64,000 nt of DNA from Candidatus Bathyarchaeota archaeon (GTDB lineage Archaea > Thermoproteota > Bathyarchaeia > Bathyarchaeales > Bathycorpusculaceae): NCBI GenBank assembly GCA_963733095.1, contig CAVTBV010000009.1, positions 96,001-160,000 on the forward strand, read 5' to 3'. Below are positions 48,190 through 59,001 of the stretch, one piece after another. How positions within the stretch are numbered: the stretch's first letter is position 1; every line of letters begins with the position of its first letter. Position numbers and translations under genes: made by a program. The notes under the pieces were generated by a model. The model was given only the letters and a program-made list of their open reading frames with translations, was not told where the DNA came from and did no database searches.

Positions 48190-50019
48190 TTGGTGAATAC
48201 AATGCGGGGATGGACAGGTTTTTTCCTGAAAGCAGATTTAAGTAAAAGCCACGCCACAGCTGAGCAATACAGCAAAGATTTGGCTTTGAATTTTTTGGGC
48301 GGAAGGGGCTTTGCAATCAAGATTCTCTGGGACACCCTCAAATCGGGAACTGACCCCCTCTCACCCGAAAACAAACTAATCTTTGCCACCGGACCATTAA
48401 CGGGCATTGGGTTGCCTAACAGCGGCAAACTAGTCATCGCATCAAAAAGCCCCTTAACCGGCGGTTACGGCGACGGCAACTCTGGTAGTTGGGCAGCTGT
48501 GAACATACGCAAAGCCGGCTACGACGCCCTCGTCATCGAAGGTAAAGCATCCAAACCCGTCATATTACACATAAAAGATAAAATATGTGAGTTTCTGGAC
48601 GCCTCCGATTTGTGGGGCAAAAGCTCCTTTGAAGTCGAAGAGCAGCTGAGAAAAAAATATTCCAAGTTAGCAGGCATTGTATCCATCGGACCTGCGGGTG
48701 AAAACCTCGTCAAATTCGCCACAGTCGTTTCCCAAAACGGGCGCTCAGGCGGTCGACCGGGAATGGGCGCAGTCATGGGCTCCAAGAATCTTAAAGCCAT
48801 CGTAGTCGAAGGAACCCAACCAATCCCACTAGCATACCCCGACGAGATGAAGCGACTGGCTGTAGATGGCTACAAGGAGCTTTTAGCTAAACCCGTCTAC
48901 AGTTTCTGGAAACGACAAGGCACAATGTCAACTGTTGAGTGGTGCCAAGAAAACAGTTGCCTGCCCACGTACAATCACAGGCAGGGCGTTTTTGATAAAG
49001 CGGAAGGAATAAGCGGCTTTGCCATGGAGAAGATGAAGGTTTCTAACCGTGGATGCCCCCAGTGCAACATGACCTGCGGCAACGTCGTTAAAGACAGCGA
49101 AGGGCAAGATTCCGAGTTGGATTATGAGAACGTGGTTATGCTGGGTTCTAACATAGGTGTAGGCGACCTTACACAGGTCGCTACCCTCAACCGTCTGGCG
49201 GACGAATTCAGCTTTGACAGCATTTCTCTTGGGAGCGTTATCGGGTTTGCGATGGAAGCTTCCGAGAAAGGGCTTATTCCCGAGAAGATTGGGTGGGGCG
49301 ACTTTGAAGCAATTAGGGCGTTGATTAACGATATTGCTTACAGGCGCGGTTTAGGGGCTGTTTTAGCTGAAGGCGTCCGCTCTGCATCCGCAGCAATAGG
49401 TAAGGGCTCTGGCGATTGGGCGATGCATGTTAAGGGCTTAGAAGTCTCGGCTTACGACTGCCACATTGCACCCGGCATGGCGTTGGCGTACGGAACCAAC
49501 TCGATTGGCGCTCACCATAAAGACGCTTGGATAATCATATGGGAACAAAAAGCCGGACGAGAAAAATACGACGAAGCAAAAGTCAACCACCTAATCCAGA
49601 CCCAAATCCTCCGCGGAGGAATCTTTGAAGCCTTAACCGTTTGCCGTTTTCCCCATGGCTCCTTGGGCTTTGAGTTTGAATGGTACCAAAAGTACCTGCG
49701 GGCGTCAACTGGGCAGGAATTTTCTATGGCACAGCTAAACCAGATTGGCGACCGAATTCTCAATTTAATCCGTGCTTTCTGGGTGCGAGAATACGGGGAA
49801 AAGTGGAGTCGAAATTTGGATGTTCCACCCATGCGATGGTTCAAAGAACCCTTAACCGATGGTCCCCTCAAGGGCGCCGTGCTTGACCTTGAAAAATACA
49901 ACATGATGCTGGACATTTACTATCAGAAACGCGGTTGGGACCGAGGGGGAGTTCCCAAAAAAGAAACCCTGGAAAAATTAGGGTTGGCTGATGGGGCAAG
50001 TCAGCTTAAGTTGCGCTAA
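48190..50019 (+). CDS. aor: Tungsten aldehyde:ferredoxin oxidoreductase family
   Basis: KSPLTGG, IGPAGENLV, GMGAVMGSKNLKA, CPQCNMTC, YENV. Confidence 0.93.
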   Translation: MVNTMRGWTGFFLKADLSKSHATAEQYSKDLALNFLGGRGFAIKILWDTLKSGTDPLSPENKLIFATGPLTGIGLPNSGKLVIASKSPLTGGYGDGNSGSWAAVNIRKAGYDALVIEGKASKPVILHIKDKICEFLDASDLWGKSSFEVEEQLRKKYSKLAGIVSIGPAGENLVKFATVVSQNGRSGGRPGMGAVMGSKNLKAIVVEGTQPIPLAYPDEMKRLAVDGYKELLAKPVYSFWKRQGTMSTVEWCQENSCLPTYNHRQGVFDKAEGISGFAMEKMKVSNRGCPQCNMTCGNVVKDSEGQDSELDYENVVMLGSNIGVGDLTQVATLNRLADEFSFDSISLGSVIGFAMEASEKGLIPEKIGWGDFEAIRALINDIAYRRGLGAVLAEGVRSASAAIGKGSGDWAMHVKGLEVSAYDCHIAPGMALAYGTNSIGAHHKDAWIIIWEQKAGREKYDEAKVNHLIQTQILRGGIFEALTVCRFPHGSLGFEFEWYQKYLRASTGQEFSMAQLNQIGDRILNLIRAFWVREYGEKWSRNLDVPPMRWFKEPLTDGPLKGAVLDLEKYNMMLDIYYQKRGWDRGGVPKKETLEKLGLADGASQLKLR

Positions 50020-50026
50020 CCGCAGG

Positions 50027-51469
50027 TTAGTAAGACCTAGCGAAGTAAGCTGTTTCCTTACCTTTCTCTCCACAAACGATGCAGTTGCTTGTCGGCTGCT
50101 CGATTTGGAAGGGTCGAATGCGAATGGTGGCGCCTGTTTCATCCTTTACCTTGGCTTCGCAGTCCGCGCTCCCACACCATGCTGCCTTGATGAACCCGCC
50201 TTTTTCCTCCAACACCTTCTTGAATTCATCGTAGCTTTGCACCGTAGAGGTTTCTTCCTGTAGGATAGTTTTGGCTTTGGCAAGCATGTTATCTTGGATT
50301 TCCTGAAGCAGCTTCTCCACGGTTGTCGGGATGTCTGCCTCTTTAACTGGGGTTTTCTGGCAAGTGTCTCGTCGTACCATCACTACTTGTTCTTGTTTTA
50401 AGTCGCGTGGACCGAGTTCTATGCGTATTGGGATGCCTTTTAGTTCCCACTGGTGGAATTTCCAGCCAGGAGTGTATTCGTTTCGGTCATCTAAGATTAC
50501 GCTGATGCCTTTGGCTTTGAGGGACGCCTCGATATGCTTAGTTTTCGCGGCGATTGCTTCGGCTTCTTGACCCTTGAACGGTATTGGAACGATAACAACC
50601 TGTGTCGGCGCAACTTTGGGCGGCATGATTAAGCCTTTGTCATCGCCGTGAACCATAATCATAGCGCCAATAAGCCGCGTGGTTATGCCCCAGCTGGTCT
50701 GCCAAACGTAGTGGTCCTGTTTATCTTCACCTATGAATTTTACATCGAACACTTTAGCAAAATGTTGACCCAAGTTATGGCTTGTCCCCATCTGCAACGC
50801 TTTCCCATCAGGCATGATGGATTCGAGCGCTGTGGTGTAGAGGGCGCCAGCAAACTTTTCGCTGTCACTCTTGGTGCCGATGACCACAGGGATGGCTAAG
50901 TAATTTTCTATCAAGTCTTTGTACATGTTTAGGGCATACATGACTTCAGCTTCGGCTTCCTCAGCGGTTGTATGGGCTGTGTGTCCTTCTTGCCAGAGAA
51001 ATTCGCGGGTACGCAAAAACAGCTTCGTCGCCTTGGTTTCCCAACGAACAATGTTGCACCACTGGTTAATCTTCAGGGGCAGGTCTCGCCAGCTCCGAAT
51101 CCACTTGCTAAACATGGCGTACATGATGGTTTCGCTTGTGGGGCGAACAGCAAGTTTCTCTTCAAGAGGGGTATCTCCTCCTTGCGTTATCCATGCGACT
51201 TCTGGAGTGAAACCTTCGAAATGTTCGGCTTCTTTTTTAAGGAAAGCTTCAGGTATGAACATTGGGAAGTAGGTGTTCCGGTGGCCTGTGGCTTTGATTT
51301 TTTGGTTGACGACTTCTTGGATTTTTTCCCAAACTGCGTAGGCGTCTGGGCGGATAATCATGCATCCTTTCACCGGCGCGTAATCGGCAAGTTCAGCTTT
51401 CAAGACGACTTCAACGTACCATTCGCTAAAATCTTCACATTTCTTTACGGTTACTCCAGTATCAGACAT
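50027..51469 (-). CDS. proS: Prolyl-tRNA synthetase (archaeal/eukaryotic type)
   Basis: RPTSET, FLRTREFLWQEGHT, GTSHNLGQHF, FARSY. Confidence 0.97.
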   Translation of the reverse strand: MSDTGVTVKKCEDFSEWYVEVVLKAELADYAPVKGCMIIRPDAYAVWEKIQEVVNQKIKATGHRNTYFPMFIPEAFLKKEAEHFEGFTPEVAWITQGGDTPLEEKLAVRPTSETIMYAMFSKWIRSWRDLPLKINQWCNIVRWETKATKLFLRTREFLWQEGHTAHTTAEEAEAEVMYALNMYKDLIENYLAIPVVIGTKSDSEKFAGALYTTALESIMPDGKALQMGTSHNLGQHFAKVFDVKFIGEDKQDHYVWQTSWGITTRLIGAMIMVHGDDKGLIMPPKVAPTQVVIVPIPFKGQEAEAIAAKTKHIEASLKAKGISVILDDRNEYTPGWKFHQWELKGIPIRIELGPRDLKQEQVVMVRRDTCQKTPVKEADIPTTVEKLLQEIQDNMLAKAKTILQEETSTVQSYDEFKKVLEEKGGFIKAAWCGSADCEAKVKDETGATIRIRPFQIEQPTSNCIVCGEKGKETAYFARSY

Positions 51470-51674
51470 GAGGATTCTCTTCTTGCATTTGTATTCCTGC
51501 ATCTGTATATAAAACCGTAACGGGAACAACTTGCCAAATCAACAGTAAACAACTTGTTTTCCAATTTAACTCATCTTTCTATTACGATTGGACTGCAAGC
51601 TTGAGGATGTATTGTGTTTTCTGAGACAAGCAGTTAAACTTAACAGTGATTATCTATATTTCTTTGAGAATGAA

Positions 51675-52066
51675 ATGATACCTGGTCAGACGACAAAACA
51701 AAGGTTAAAGAATCTTCTTCTGTACCCTTTGCTGGTTTACCTTATCATCTCCGTCGAGATTGCTGTTTTTGTTGCATTGGGTCTTGAGACGGATACACTC
51801 TGGGTATGGGTTGTAACCACTGGCTTTGTGACAGCCTTGTTGATTGTTTTTGCTGCGAAGGCTAAACCCTCGGCATAAAGGAGGGGCTGGTTTTTGGGCT
51901 TGTTTGGGCGAGCGTGTTTCTTTTATTGGATATGCTGATAGTAGCACTGCCGTTCACAGGCTTGGTTTATTTTATGGACTTTAGAATTTGGATTCCATAC
52001 CTTCTAAGTATCCTAATTCTATCATCTACTGGAAAACTGGTTGAAAACAGACAGAGCACTCAATAG
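51675..52066 (+). pseudogene. Membrane protein with an apparent frameshift near 51873
   Basis: ORF stops at AKPSA*, but an adjacent frame continues IKEGLVFGLVWASVFLLLDMLIV...RIWIPYLL to TAG at 52066. Confidence 0.6.
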
Positions 52067-52163
52067 TTGAATGCGATTTGCCTGAAAGCTTAAAAAAATG
52101 AGGAAAAGCCCCAAAAAGACCTAAATATCGTTTTCCAATTGACTAAACAAAAAAAGAAAAAGG

Positions 52164-52319
52164 CTATTTTTTGAAGAGACCCTTCTTCTCAGGGTAGTCT
52201 TTGCATTCATAGATTCGCAGTTGTCTTTGCGGCTCTATGCGACAGCGTTTGCGCGCGTTCTTACGCCTCAAAAGCGGCGCCAATTGAAAGAAGGGGCATT
52301 TGGAACAGAGTGTGCTCAT
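52164..52319 (-). CDS. 51-aa Cys-containing basic peptide
   Basis: MSTLCSKCPFF...KRCRIEP...YECKDYPEKKGLFKK; directly after the ABC permease. Confidence 0.5.
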   Translation of the reverse strand: MSTLCSKCPFFQLAPLLRRKNARKRCRIEPQRQLRIYECKDYPEKKGLFKK

Positions 52320-52331
52320 TTTTCTCTGATC

Positions 52332-53525
52332 CTACCTTGTCATCATCCGTCTGAACACTGGCATTGCAATTGCTATCATGACTACGCCGAACACTATCAG
52401 TACGATGAGATCTGTAGATATCTGTGGTATACCTGCACCGAGCACCATGACTTTTCGTAGAGCGTCGGAAGCATAGGTTAGTGGCAGTACTTTGCTTATG
52501 TCCTGCATGTACCATGGCATCTGCTGTATTGGGAAGAACACTCCAGATAGGAACATCATTGGGAACATCAGTGTCATCATGAGCATCTGTGCGGTTTCTT
52601 GGTCTTTGGTGAATGACGTTATGACTATGCCTAAGCCAACGAAGCTAAACACGCCCAGCAACAGCAACGCAAACACTAGCAACAAGCTGCCCTGTATGGC
52701 GACCCCGAATATTCCGATGGCTAACCCCAAGATTATGAGACCTTGGATTAAGCCTCGGGCCGTCTGCGCTCCAGTCTTGCCAAGCAGAATCGATAGTCTG
52801 TTAACTGGCGCAACCATCATGCCGTCCATTGTTCCAATTTCTTTCTCCTGTGAAATTGCAACTGGAAGCCCTGTCATAACGCTCATCATGACGGTCATAG
52901 CCATTATGCCTGGGGCGATGAAGTCAAAGTAGCTTGGGTGACCTGAAACTACACCTTGAGTTTGTATGCTGTAAGGCTGTACGACTGCAAGCGGATTGGG
53001 TGCATTCAACGGCAAAACGTTGTTGACAGCAGTCTGTTGACCCATAGCATTGAAAATAGTCATTAAGACGCCTTGGATGGTTGCGGATATTTGTGGGTTA
53101 GATTCGTCACTGATGATTATGAGGGTACCTTGCTGTCCAGATGCCATGCTTTGGCTGAAGTTGCTGGGTAAAACGATGCCGCCTTCAAGTTCGCCTCTCT
53201 GCACCTTGTCTTTGAGGTCTGCTGTGGTGTTTATATTGGTGATTATGAGGGCGTGGGTTTGGTTGTTGATTTGTTGTAAACCCGTAATGAAACTTTGGCT
53301 TGCAGTAAAGTTGCCGTTAAAGCCTGAATCCTCGTTGACTAATCCAACTTGCAAGTTGCTAACTGTACCATTAGATGGATAGATGAATCCAACCATAACC
53401 ATCATGAACAACGGCATGACGATTAAGAGCACTAATCCGAGTCGGTTGCGGAATAGTTCCGTTAAGTCTTTTTTAGCAATTCTAAAGCTATGCTGTAAAA
53501 TAGTTTGTGCGGTCATGTCTATCAC
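52332..53525 (-). CDS. ABC-2 type permease
   Basis: FIAPGIMAM, EKEIGT, FLSGVFFPI..MP, LPLTYA. Confidence 0.93.
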   Translation of the reverse strand: MIDMTAQTILQHSFRIAKKDLTELFRNRLGLVLLIVMPLFMMVMVGFIYPSNGTVSNLQVGLVNEDSGFNGNFTASQSFITGLQQINNQTHALIITNINTTADLKDKVQRGELEGGIVLPSNFSQSMASGQQGTLIIISDESNPQISATIQGVLMTIFNAMGQQTAVNNVLPLNAPNPLAVVQPYSIQTQGVVSGHPSYFDFIAPGIMAMTVMMSVMTGLPVAISQEKEIGTMDGMMVAPVNRLSILLGKTGAQTARGLIQGLIILGLAIGIFGVAIQGSLLLVFALLLLGVFSFVGLGIVITSFTKDQETAQMLMMTLMFPMMFLSGVFFPIQQMPWYMQDISKVLPLTYASDALRKVMVLGAGIPQISTDLIVLIVFGVVMIAIAMPVFRRMMTR

Positions 53526-54565
53526 CTTACTCTGCTTCGAGCTGCACCAAACCTTGGTCCATGCTCCTGCTTGATTTTCTGGTCTGCGCTGTCTCTTACT
53601 TCGTGTCCTGTAATATGCAGGAATATGTCTTCAAGAGAAGGCTGCAGATTCGCCATTGAAGTTATCTTTCCATTTGTCTTTCTGATTGAATTAATAATAG
53701 AGTCGAAAGCTTCTTCGCCGTGCACTATAACGTGCAGGGTTGTAGAGTTTTCTTGGGTTACCGCATCTGCGCAGCTGAGCGATTTTACGGTGGCTACCAT
53801 GTTGGGTGTTAGGTTTGCTACTTCAAGTTTAATTATCATGGTGTCTCCGCCTGAAATTATTTTTTTAAGATTAGTCGAAGTGTCGAGCGCTATGATTTTT
53901 CCGTGGTCCACGATAGCTATGCGGTCGCAGAGCAAGTCAGCGTCAAGCATCATGTGTGTAGTTATTATTACAGTGGTTCCGTTTTCTTGGTTGAGTTTTC
54001 TCACGAACTCCCTGATTTCCACTGACGACTGAGGATCTAAACCCAACGTTGGCTCATCGAGAAATAGTACTTGAGGCATGTTGAGTAAGGCGCGGACAAC
54101 GTTCATTCTTTGGCGCATGCCGGTTGAGAACGTGCCAACTTGAGAGTCCTTGAACTTGGTTAGTTGAACAAGCTCCAGTAAGTCGTCGATTCTTTTGTTT
54201 AATGTGTCTTTTGGGATGTTGAAGAGGCTGCCAAAGAACCAGAGGTTCTCTTTAGCGGTTAAACGGTTGTAAATGATCATTTTTTCTGATACGATGCCGA
54301 TTAGCTTGCGCACTTCCATGTCGTTCTTTACGGTGTCGTATCCGCCGATGGTGGCCGTTCCCTTTGTGGGTCTGGACAGTGTGGAGAGCATTCGCAGTGT
54401 GGTGCTTTTGCCTGCTCCGTTGGGACCTAGTAACCCGAAGATTTCGCCTTTTTTGACATCGAATGAGATGTCATCAACAGCTGTGAACTTGTTGAACATC
54501 TTTGTTAGGTGGTCAACTTGGATGATGGATTCGTTTGCCATTTTTGATTCTCCGTTAATTTGCAA
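53522..54565 (-). CDS. ABC transporter ATP-binding protein (DrrA-like)
   Basis: GPNGAGKST, FSTGMRQR, LDEPTLGLD. Confidence 0.94.
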   Translation of the reverse strand: MQINGESKMANESIIQVDHLTKMFNKFTAVDDISFDVKKGEIFGLLGPNGAGKSTTLRMLSTLSRPTKGTATIGGYDTVKNDMEVRKLIGIVSEKMIIYNRLTAKENLWFFGSLFNIPKDTLNKRIDDLLELVQLTKFKDSQVGTFSTGMRQRMNVVRALLNMPQVLFLDEPTLGLDPQSSVEIREFVRKLNQENGTTVIITTHMMLDADLLCDRIAIVDHGKIIALDTSTNLKKIISGGDTMIIKLEVANLTPNMVATVKSLSCADAVTQENSTTLHVIVHGEEAFDSIINSIRKTNGKITSMANLQPSLEDIFLHITGHEVRDSADQKIKQEHGPRFGAARSRVR

Positions 54566-54634
54566 TATTATTCAGTGCAATATATAGCGGTAAAATATAA
54601 GTATTACCCATTTACAATATAGTTTTGAAAGCAA

Positions 54635-55228
54635 ATGGCAACCGAAACAGACGACAAGACAACCGCAAACTGGATGAAAGAAGCCCAAAAAGGCATCATA
54701 CGCATGGGCGTACTGATCCTCATAAACAAAAAACCCAGCCACGGCTACGAAATCATGAAAGAAATCAACAGCCGAACAAAAGGCTTCTGGCAACCCACAG
54801 CAGGCGGAGTCTACCCAATCCTGCGAGACCTCGAAAAATCAGGATACATAAAAGGACACTGGGAAACCCAAAAGAACCGACGCCTCAAAGTCTACCAAAT
54901 CACCGAATCAGGCGAACAAATCCTAAGAAAAGCCATCCTAAAACAAACAGAAATCACCAACAACATCGGCAACCTTTTTCGAGAATTCGCCCGAGACGTC
55001 CTAAACATCGAATTGGAAAATTGGTCCGTGCCAAACATGCCATCACCGCTATCGCCTTTTCTTGGAGAAAAAATTGGCAGTGAATGCAACATCAAACAGT
55101 TAGAGCACCAACGAAAACATCTATCCGATACGGTAAAGACAATGCGGAACCGCCTAAAACTTCTCGATAGAAGAATTGCCGAAATCAAAAAAGAAGAAAA
55201 AAGCGATTCTTCAACTGTACCATCTTAG
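54635..55228 (+). CDS. PadR-family transcriptional regulator
   Basis: HGYEIMKEI...G.VYPIL..LE..GYI...YQITESG; divergent from the ABC operon. Confidence 0.92.
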   Translation: MATETDDKTTANWMKEAQKGIIRMGVLILINKKPSHGYEIMKEINSRTKGFWQPTAGGVYPILRDLEKSGYIKGHWETQKNRRLKVYQITESGEQILRKAILKQTEITNNIGNLFREFARDVLNIELENWSVPNMPSPLSPFLGEKIGSECNIKQLEHQRKHLSDTVKTMRNRLKLLDRRIAEIKKEEKSDSSTVPS

Positions 55229-55347
55229 ATGAATTGTGAAACCGTTATTTTGCGACTGCCCGGAGAGTAGGCATATGGCAGTATGGAAAGCTGCCTTTAG
55301 TTGGTGTAAAGAATTAAATCTGTGACTGCCTACTTTCTTAGAAGAGT

Positions 55348-55680
55348 GTGAAAAGCTTGTTCCGCGTTAGAGTCAACAAAATCGAATCTACCCGCGACTT
55401 AGACGGTAACATGGGAAAAAGAATCGAACTTCTTGAAGAACGAGAAGTAAATCCTTACATAGTAAGACCCCAATCCGATGAAGCAAAAATGGCCCAAGAC
55501 ATCATGCAAGCACTTCAAACCCAAATGCCCTTCCTACCGCAACGCACGCAGATGGCGACACCGAAAATTATTCTATTCTTAACCGAGCACGAATACGACA
55601 GCTTAGGCATAAATTTTGACGTTAACCAAGTCTACGAGGTAGCTTTGGAGAACCAATCTATAAGGTTTAGGAAAGTTTAA
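55348..55680 (+). CDS. Arcadin-1 family protein
   Basis: RVNKIES..D..G..GKRIELLEE...PKIILFLTEHEY..LG..FDVNQVYEV. Confidence 0.7.
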   Translation: MKSLFRVRVNKIESTRDLDGNMGKRIELLEEREVNPYIVRPQSDEAKMAQDIMQALQTQMPFLPQRTQMATPKIILFLTEHEYDSLGINFDVNQVYEVALENQSIRFRKV

Positions 55681-56023
55681 GCAGCTCACTTCTCATTTGT
55701 GCCAGCGCAGGATGCTTTGGGTGAAAAGACAAGACAAACATCATGCTCTTCAATGCACTGCTTATTTCTTTTAAGCCCGACATTTTTCCCTCATCACAGT
55801 ATAGTGGAATTGGCTCTTCTCCATCGAACTCTTCATAGTACACATAAATCGGAGATTGTGCCCTCTCGAAGCGTACCATTTCAAATTCTAAGTTTAGCCG
55901 CTTAGCCATTTCTTTGGCGGCAGTTCTAACAGACTCCAATCGCTCCCTGCCTGGAACGCCAGTTGAGGCATAAACCATCAGTTTCCCACAATTTTCCTTA
56001 AACATAATAACCACAAATGACAA
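55667..56023 (-). CDS. Conserved hypothetical protein
   Basis: PIYVYYE...IPLYCD...MMFVLSFHPKH. Confidence 0.7.
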   Translation of the reverse strand: MSFVVIMFKENCGKLMVYASTGVPGRERLESVRTAAKEMAKRLNLEFEMVRFERAQSPIYVYYEEFDGEEPIPLYCDEGKMSGLKEISSALKSMMFVLSFHPKHPALAQMRSELLKLS

Positions 56024-56187
56024 TCAGTGAAAAACTCTTTTAAAGCAACTTAGCAAACGACAACTTTTGGTAGCAGAGGGATAAGTGAAAGTGAACCAGT
56101 ATAACCTCCAAATTGTTGCTGTGAAAGGGTAACCACAACAGCTTAAATGCTTAACGAAAATTCCTGTTTTAATTAGAAGGTTAAACA

Positions 56188-56616
56188 ATGGTTGTTGGCG
56201 AGAAATTATGGGAAGGCAAAGGCAAAAGTGAAGGTCTGGGCTTAATAAAATCCATCGGAATGGAAGGCATAAAGTCCATTTATTCGTGGTCTGCTGAAAT
56301 GAAAGGCGTGGGACAAGCAAAAGACTTTGACGGCAACATACACGTAACAGCTAAGATGAAGAGTCCGATTAAGGGCACAACTGCGGCTAAAGATCAAGGA
56401 ATATTCATGATGAAAACCGGAGATATGTGTGTGGTGAAAGGTTTCGATTTGATGAAAATGATAATGGGAAGCAATCTAACGGCAGTAGGATTATGGAGCT
56501 TCATGACAATATCCGAGAAACTTTTCTGGCTGAACAACACAATTGCCATAGTCACTTTTGAAGCACAAGACCCAATGTGGATGGAATCCAAAATAACAAT
56601 CTATGAATGGAAGTAA
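56188..56616 (+). CDS. Hypothetical beta-rich protein
   Basis: GEKLWEGKGK...KL.WLNN...IYEWK. Confidence 0.7.
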   Translation: MVVGEKLWEGKGKSEGLGLIKSIGMEGIKSIYSWSAEMKGVGQAKDFDGNIHVTAKMKSPIKGTTAAKDQGIFMMKTGDMCVVKGFDLMKMIMGSNLTAVGLWSFMTISEKLFWLNNTIAIVTFEAQDPMWMESKITIYEWK

Positions 56617-57092
56617 TTAAAGAGCTGAATTTTATGCAGGAACACGAAGGTTGGCATATGCCTGAATGGTGGTGCCGAGACAAAAGGCCCTCCAACGATA
56701 AAGTATACTTTGAAAACATGTGCAGAGTTATTTTTCAAGCAGGCTTAAACTGGCAAGTAATAGACAAAAAGTGGTCAACGACAAAGAAGGATTTTGCAGA
56801 TTTTGATATCCATGAAGTTGCTAACTTTACCAACACTGACGTTGAAAGACTCATGAGAGACCCGGGAATCATAAGAAACAGAGGCAAAATTAAAGCAATT
56901 ATACAAAACGCACAGAACTTCTTAGCCATAGAAAAGAAGTCTGGGTCATTCCAAAAATACCTCGATAGCCTAGATAAAACAAAAAACTATGCAAACGTCG
57001 TCAAGGATTTGGTCAACAAATTCAAGTGGTTAGGTCCACCTTCAGCGAGCCTTTTCTTATACACCGTGGGCGAAAAAATAGAGCCATGGTAA
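56607..57092 (+). CDS. tag: DNA-3-methyladenine glycosylase I
   Basis: FQAGLNW, LMRDPGIIRNRGKIKA, FKWLGP. Confidence 0.88.
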   Translation: MEVIKELNFMQEHEGWHMPEWWCRDKRPSNDKVYFENMCRVIFQAGLNWQVIDKKWSTTKKDFADFDIHEVANFTNTDVERLMRDPGIIRNRGKIKAIIQNAQNFLAIEKKSGSFQKYLDSLDKTKNYANVVKDLVNKFKWLGPPSASLFLYTVGEKIEPW

Positions 57093-57159
57093 ACAACTCC
57101 TTTTTCCCTTTTTGTTTAAACTATATTTTTAAACCCTATATTCCCTTTTAATTCGAAGA

Positions 57160-57438
57160 ATGTGTATGAAGGTTAGAGCACACTTATTTGTTTCTGGGCG
57201 AGTTCAGGGCGTTTTTTTTAGACAGAGCACTCTAATTGAGGCGCAATACTTGGGCGTTACCGGTTGGGTGCGAAATCTGATGGATGGGCGGGTGGAAGCG
57301 GTTTTTGAAGGTGAAGAACACGCGGTTAAAATGCTCGTTAACTATTGCCGCAGTGGTCCTCCTGCTGCAAGAGTGAATAATCTGGATGTCAGTTATGGCT
57401 CTTTTAAAGGCGAATTTTCAAATTTCACTGCGCTTTAA
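57160..57438 (+). CDS. acyP: Acylphosphatase
   Basis: VSGRVQGVFFR, GWVRNL.DGRVEA. Confidence 0.95.
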   Translation: MCMKVRAHLFVSGRVQGVFFRQSTLIEAQYLGVTGWVRNLMDGRVEAVFEGEEHAVKMLVNYCRSGPPAARVNNLDVSYGSFKGEFSNFTAL

Positions 57439-57443
57439 TTTCG

Positions 57444-57935
57444 TTACGCTTTTTTCTTGGGTACCCTAAAATGCGAATCTTTCCCTAAGCTAATGTATTC
57501 TCCGCCCATACCGCGCACGGCAGAAGCAATCTTTGCAAAATTCTCGGACCCCAAAAACTGCTTGGGCTTGATGATGATATAGTCGCCTTTTTCGTCGAAG
57601 CTTAGTCTGGCTTCAAGTTCTTCAGGGAAGGACATGCGGATGTCGTCAATGGATCTTTGTTTTGAGGGTTCAGTCGGCGGAGCCATAACAGGTGCTGATG
57701 GCTTGGGTTCTGCAATTGAAGATGGTATAGTAACTGTTTTAGACTGTGTAATTTGTCCAACTGCAAGTGACTTTAATGATGCAGAAACCGACCGCAACTC
57801 TTCTGAAATTTGATTCAAACTGATAGTAATTTCCTCAACTCTTCCTAGCAACTGATTTAATTTATCCTTGTCACTGCTCACAAAGCTCCCTCTTAAACTC
57901 CTAAATAATCCCAGAAGCTTATTAATTGTTTGCAA
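57444..57935 (-). CDS. Hypothetical protein (coiled coil, Pro linker, small alpha/beta domain)
   Basis: KPKQFLGSENFAKIA..VR.MGGEYIS.GK.SHFRVP; start uncertain. Confidence 0.7.
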   Translation of the reverse strand: MQTINKLLGLFRSLRGSFVSSDKDKLNQLLGRVEEITISLNQISEELRSVSASLKSLAVGQITQSKTVTIPSSIAEPKPSAPVMAPPTEPSKQRSIDDIRMSFPEELEARLSFDEKGDYIIIKPKQFLGSENFAKIASAVRGMGGEYISLGKDSHFRVPKKKA

Positions 57936-57960
57936 ACCAACCAGTTAGTGAAGAAACTGC

Positions 57961-58995
57961 ATGATTGAAATTGATGGAAGTCAAAAAAGCGGAAGCGGCA
58001 CGATTCTTCGCTTATCCGTAGCCATGGCAGCAATCATCCAACAGCCTCTCCATATAACTAACATAAGGCAGAGCCGTCCTCAACCAGGCTTAAAACCTCA
58101 ACATCTTGAAGCCGTATTGACCGCAGGCAAACTTTGCAACGCCAAAATCGAAGGCGCAAAATTGGGTTCGAGGGAGCTTTGGTTTATGCCTCAGGAAATT
58201 AAAGGAGGCAAAATTGAAGCTTTGATCGAAACTGCAGGAAGCATACCCATGCTACTGTTGGCAGCTTTGCCTATTTGTCTGTTTGCCAAGAACCCTGTGC
58301 GTTTGCATGTTGAAAAGGGCGGAACAGACACAATTCATGCTCCAACTATCAATTACCTGCGTTTTGTGTTCTTTCCAGCACTAAGGCAGATGGGGATTGA
58401 ATCTGACTTGACGGTTCAGAAATATGGTTATTACCCCAAAGGCATGGGCGAGGCAACCTTAGAGGTTAAACCAAACCCCCAACTAAAAGCCGTAACTTTT
58501 AAAAGCTTTGGGAACTTGAAGAGCATTAATGGTATTTCTGTATGCACTTTTCTGGCTGATAGGCAGGTGGCTGAGCGGCAAGCAAAAGCAGCAAAGGATT
58601 ACCTCGCCCAAAACGGTTACAAAGCCGACATTCAAGTTGTAAACGACCAGTCAAACCCGATTCAAAAAGGCAGTTCAATCGTTCTGTGGGCTGAAACCGA
58701 CACGGGCATCATCATTGGTGCCGACTCCATAGGGGAGCTTAGGAAAATGAGTGAGGCAGTGGGAAAGGAAGCTGCGCAAAGGCTAATCGATGAGTTGTCT
58801 TTCAAGCCCACAGTGGACGTTTTCCTCGCCGACATGCTTATTCCCTACATGGCGCTGGCACAGAGTAAATCAGTTTATCTGACAAGAACAATCTCTGAGC
58901 ATATCGACTCGAACATTTGGCTTACTGAAAAAATGTTAAACGTTAAATTCATCATCGAAAAAATAAACAACCTCTACAGAATAGAAAAAAGCTGA
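57961..58995 (+). CDS. rtcA: RNA 3'-terminal phosphate cyclase
   Basis: IEIDGS...G.ILR, RPQPGLKPQH, GYYPKG.G, EHI.SN. Confidence 0.93.
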   Translation: MIEIDGSQKSGSGTILRLSVAMAAIIQQPLHITNIRQSRPQPGLKPQHLEAVLTAGKLCNAKIEGAKLGSRELWFMPQEIKGGKIEALIETAGSIPMLLLAALPICLFAKNPVRLHVEKGGTDTIHAPTINYLRFVFFPALRQMGIESDLTVQKYGYYPKGMGEATLEVKPNPQLKAVTFKSFGNLKSINGISVCTFLADRQVAERQAKAAKDYLAQNGYKADIQVVNDQSNPIQKGSSIVLWAETDTGIIIGADSIGELRKMSEAVGKEAAQRLIDELSFKPTVDVFLADMLIPYMALAQSKSVYLTRTISEHIDSNIWLTEKMLNVKFIIEKINNLYRIEKS

Positions 58996-59001
58996 ATATC
59001 C

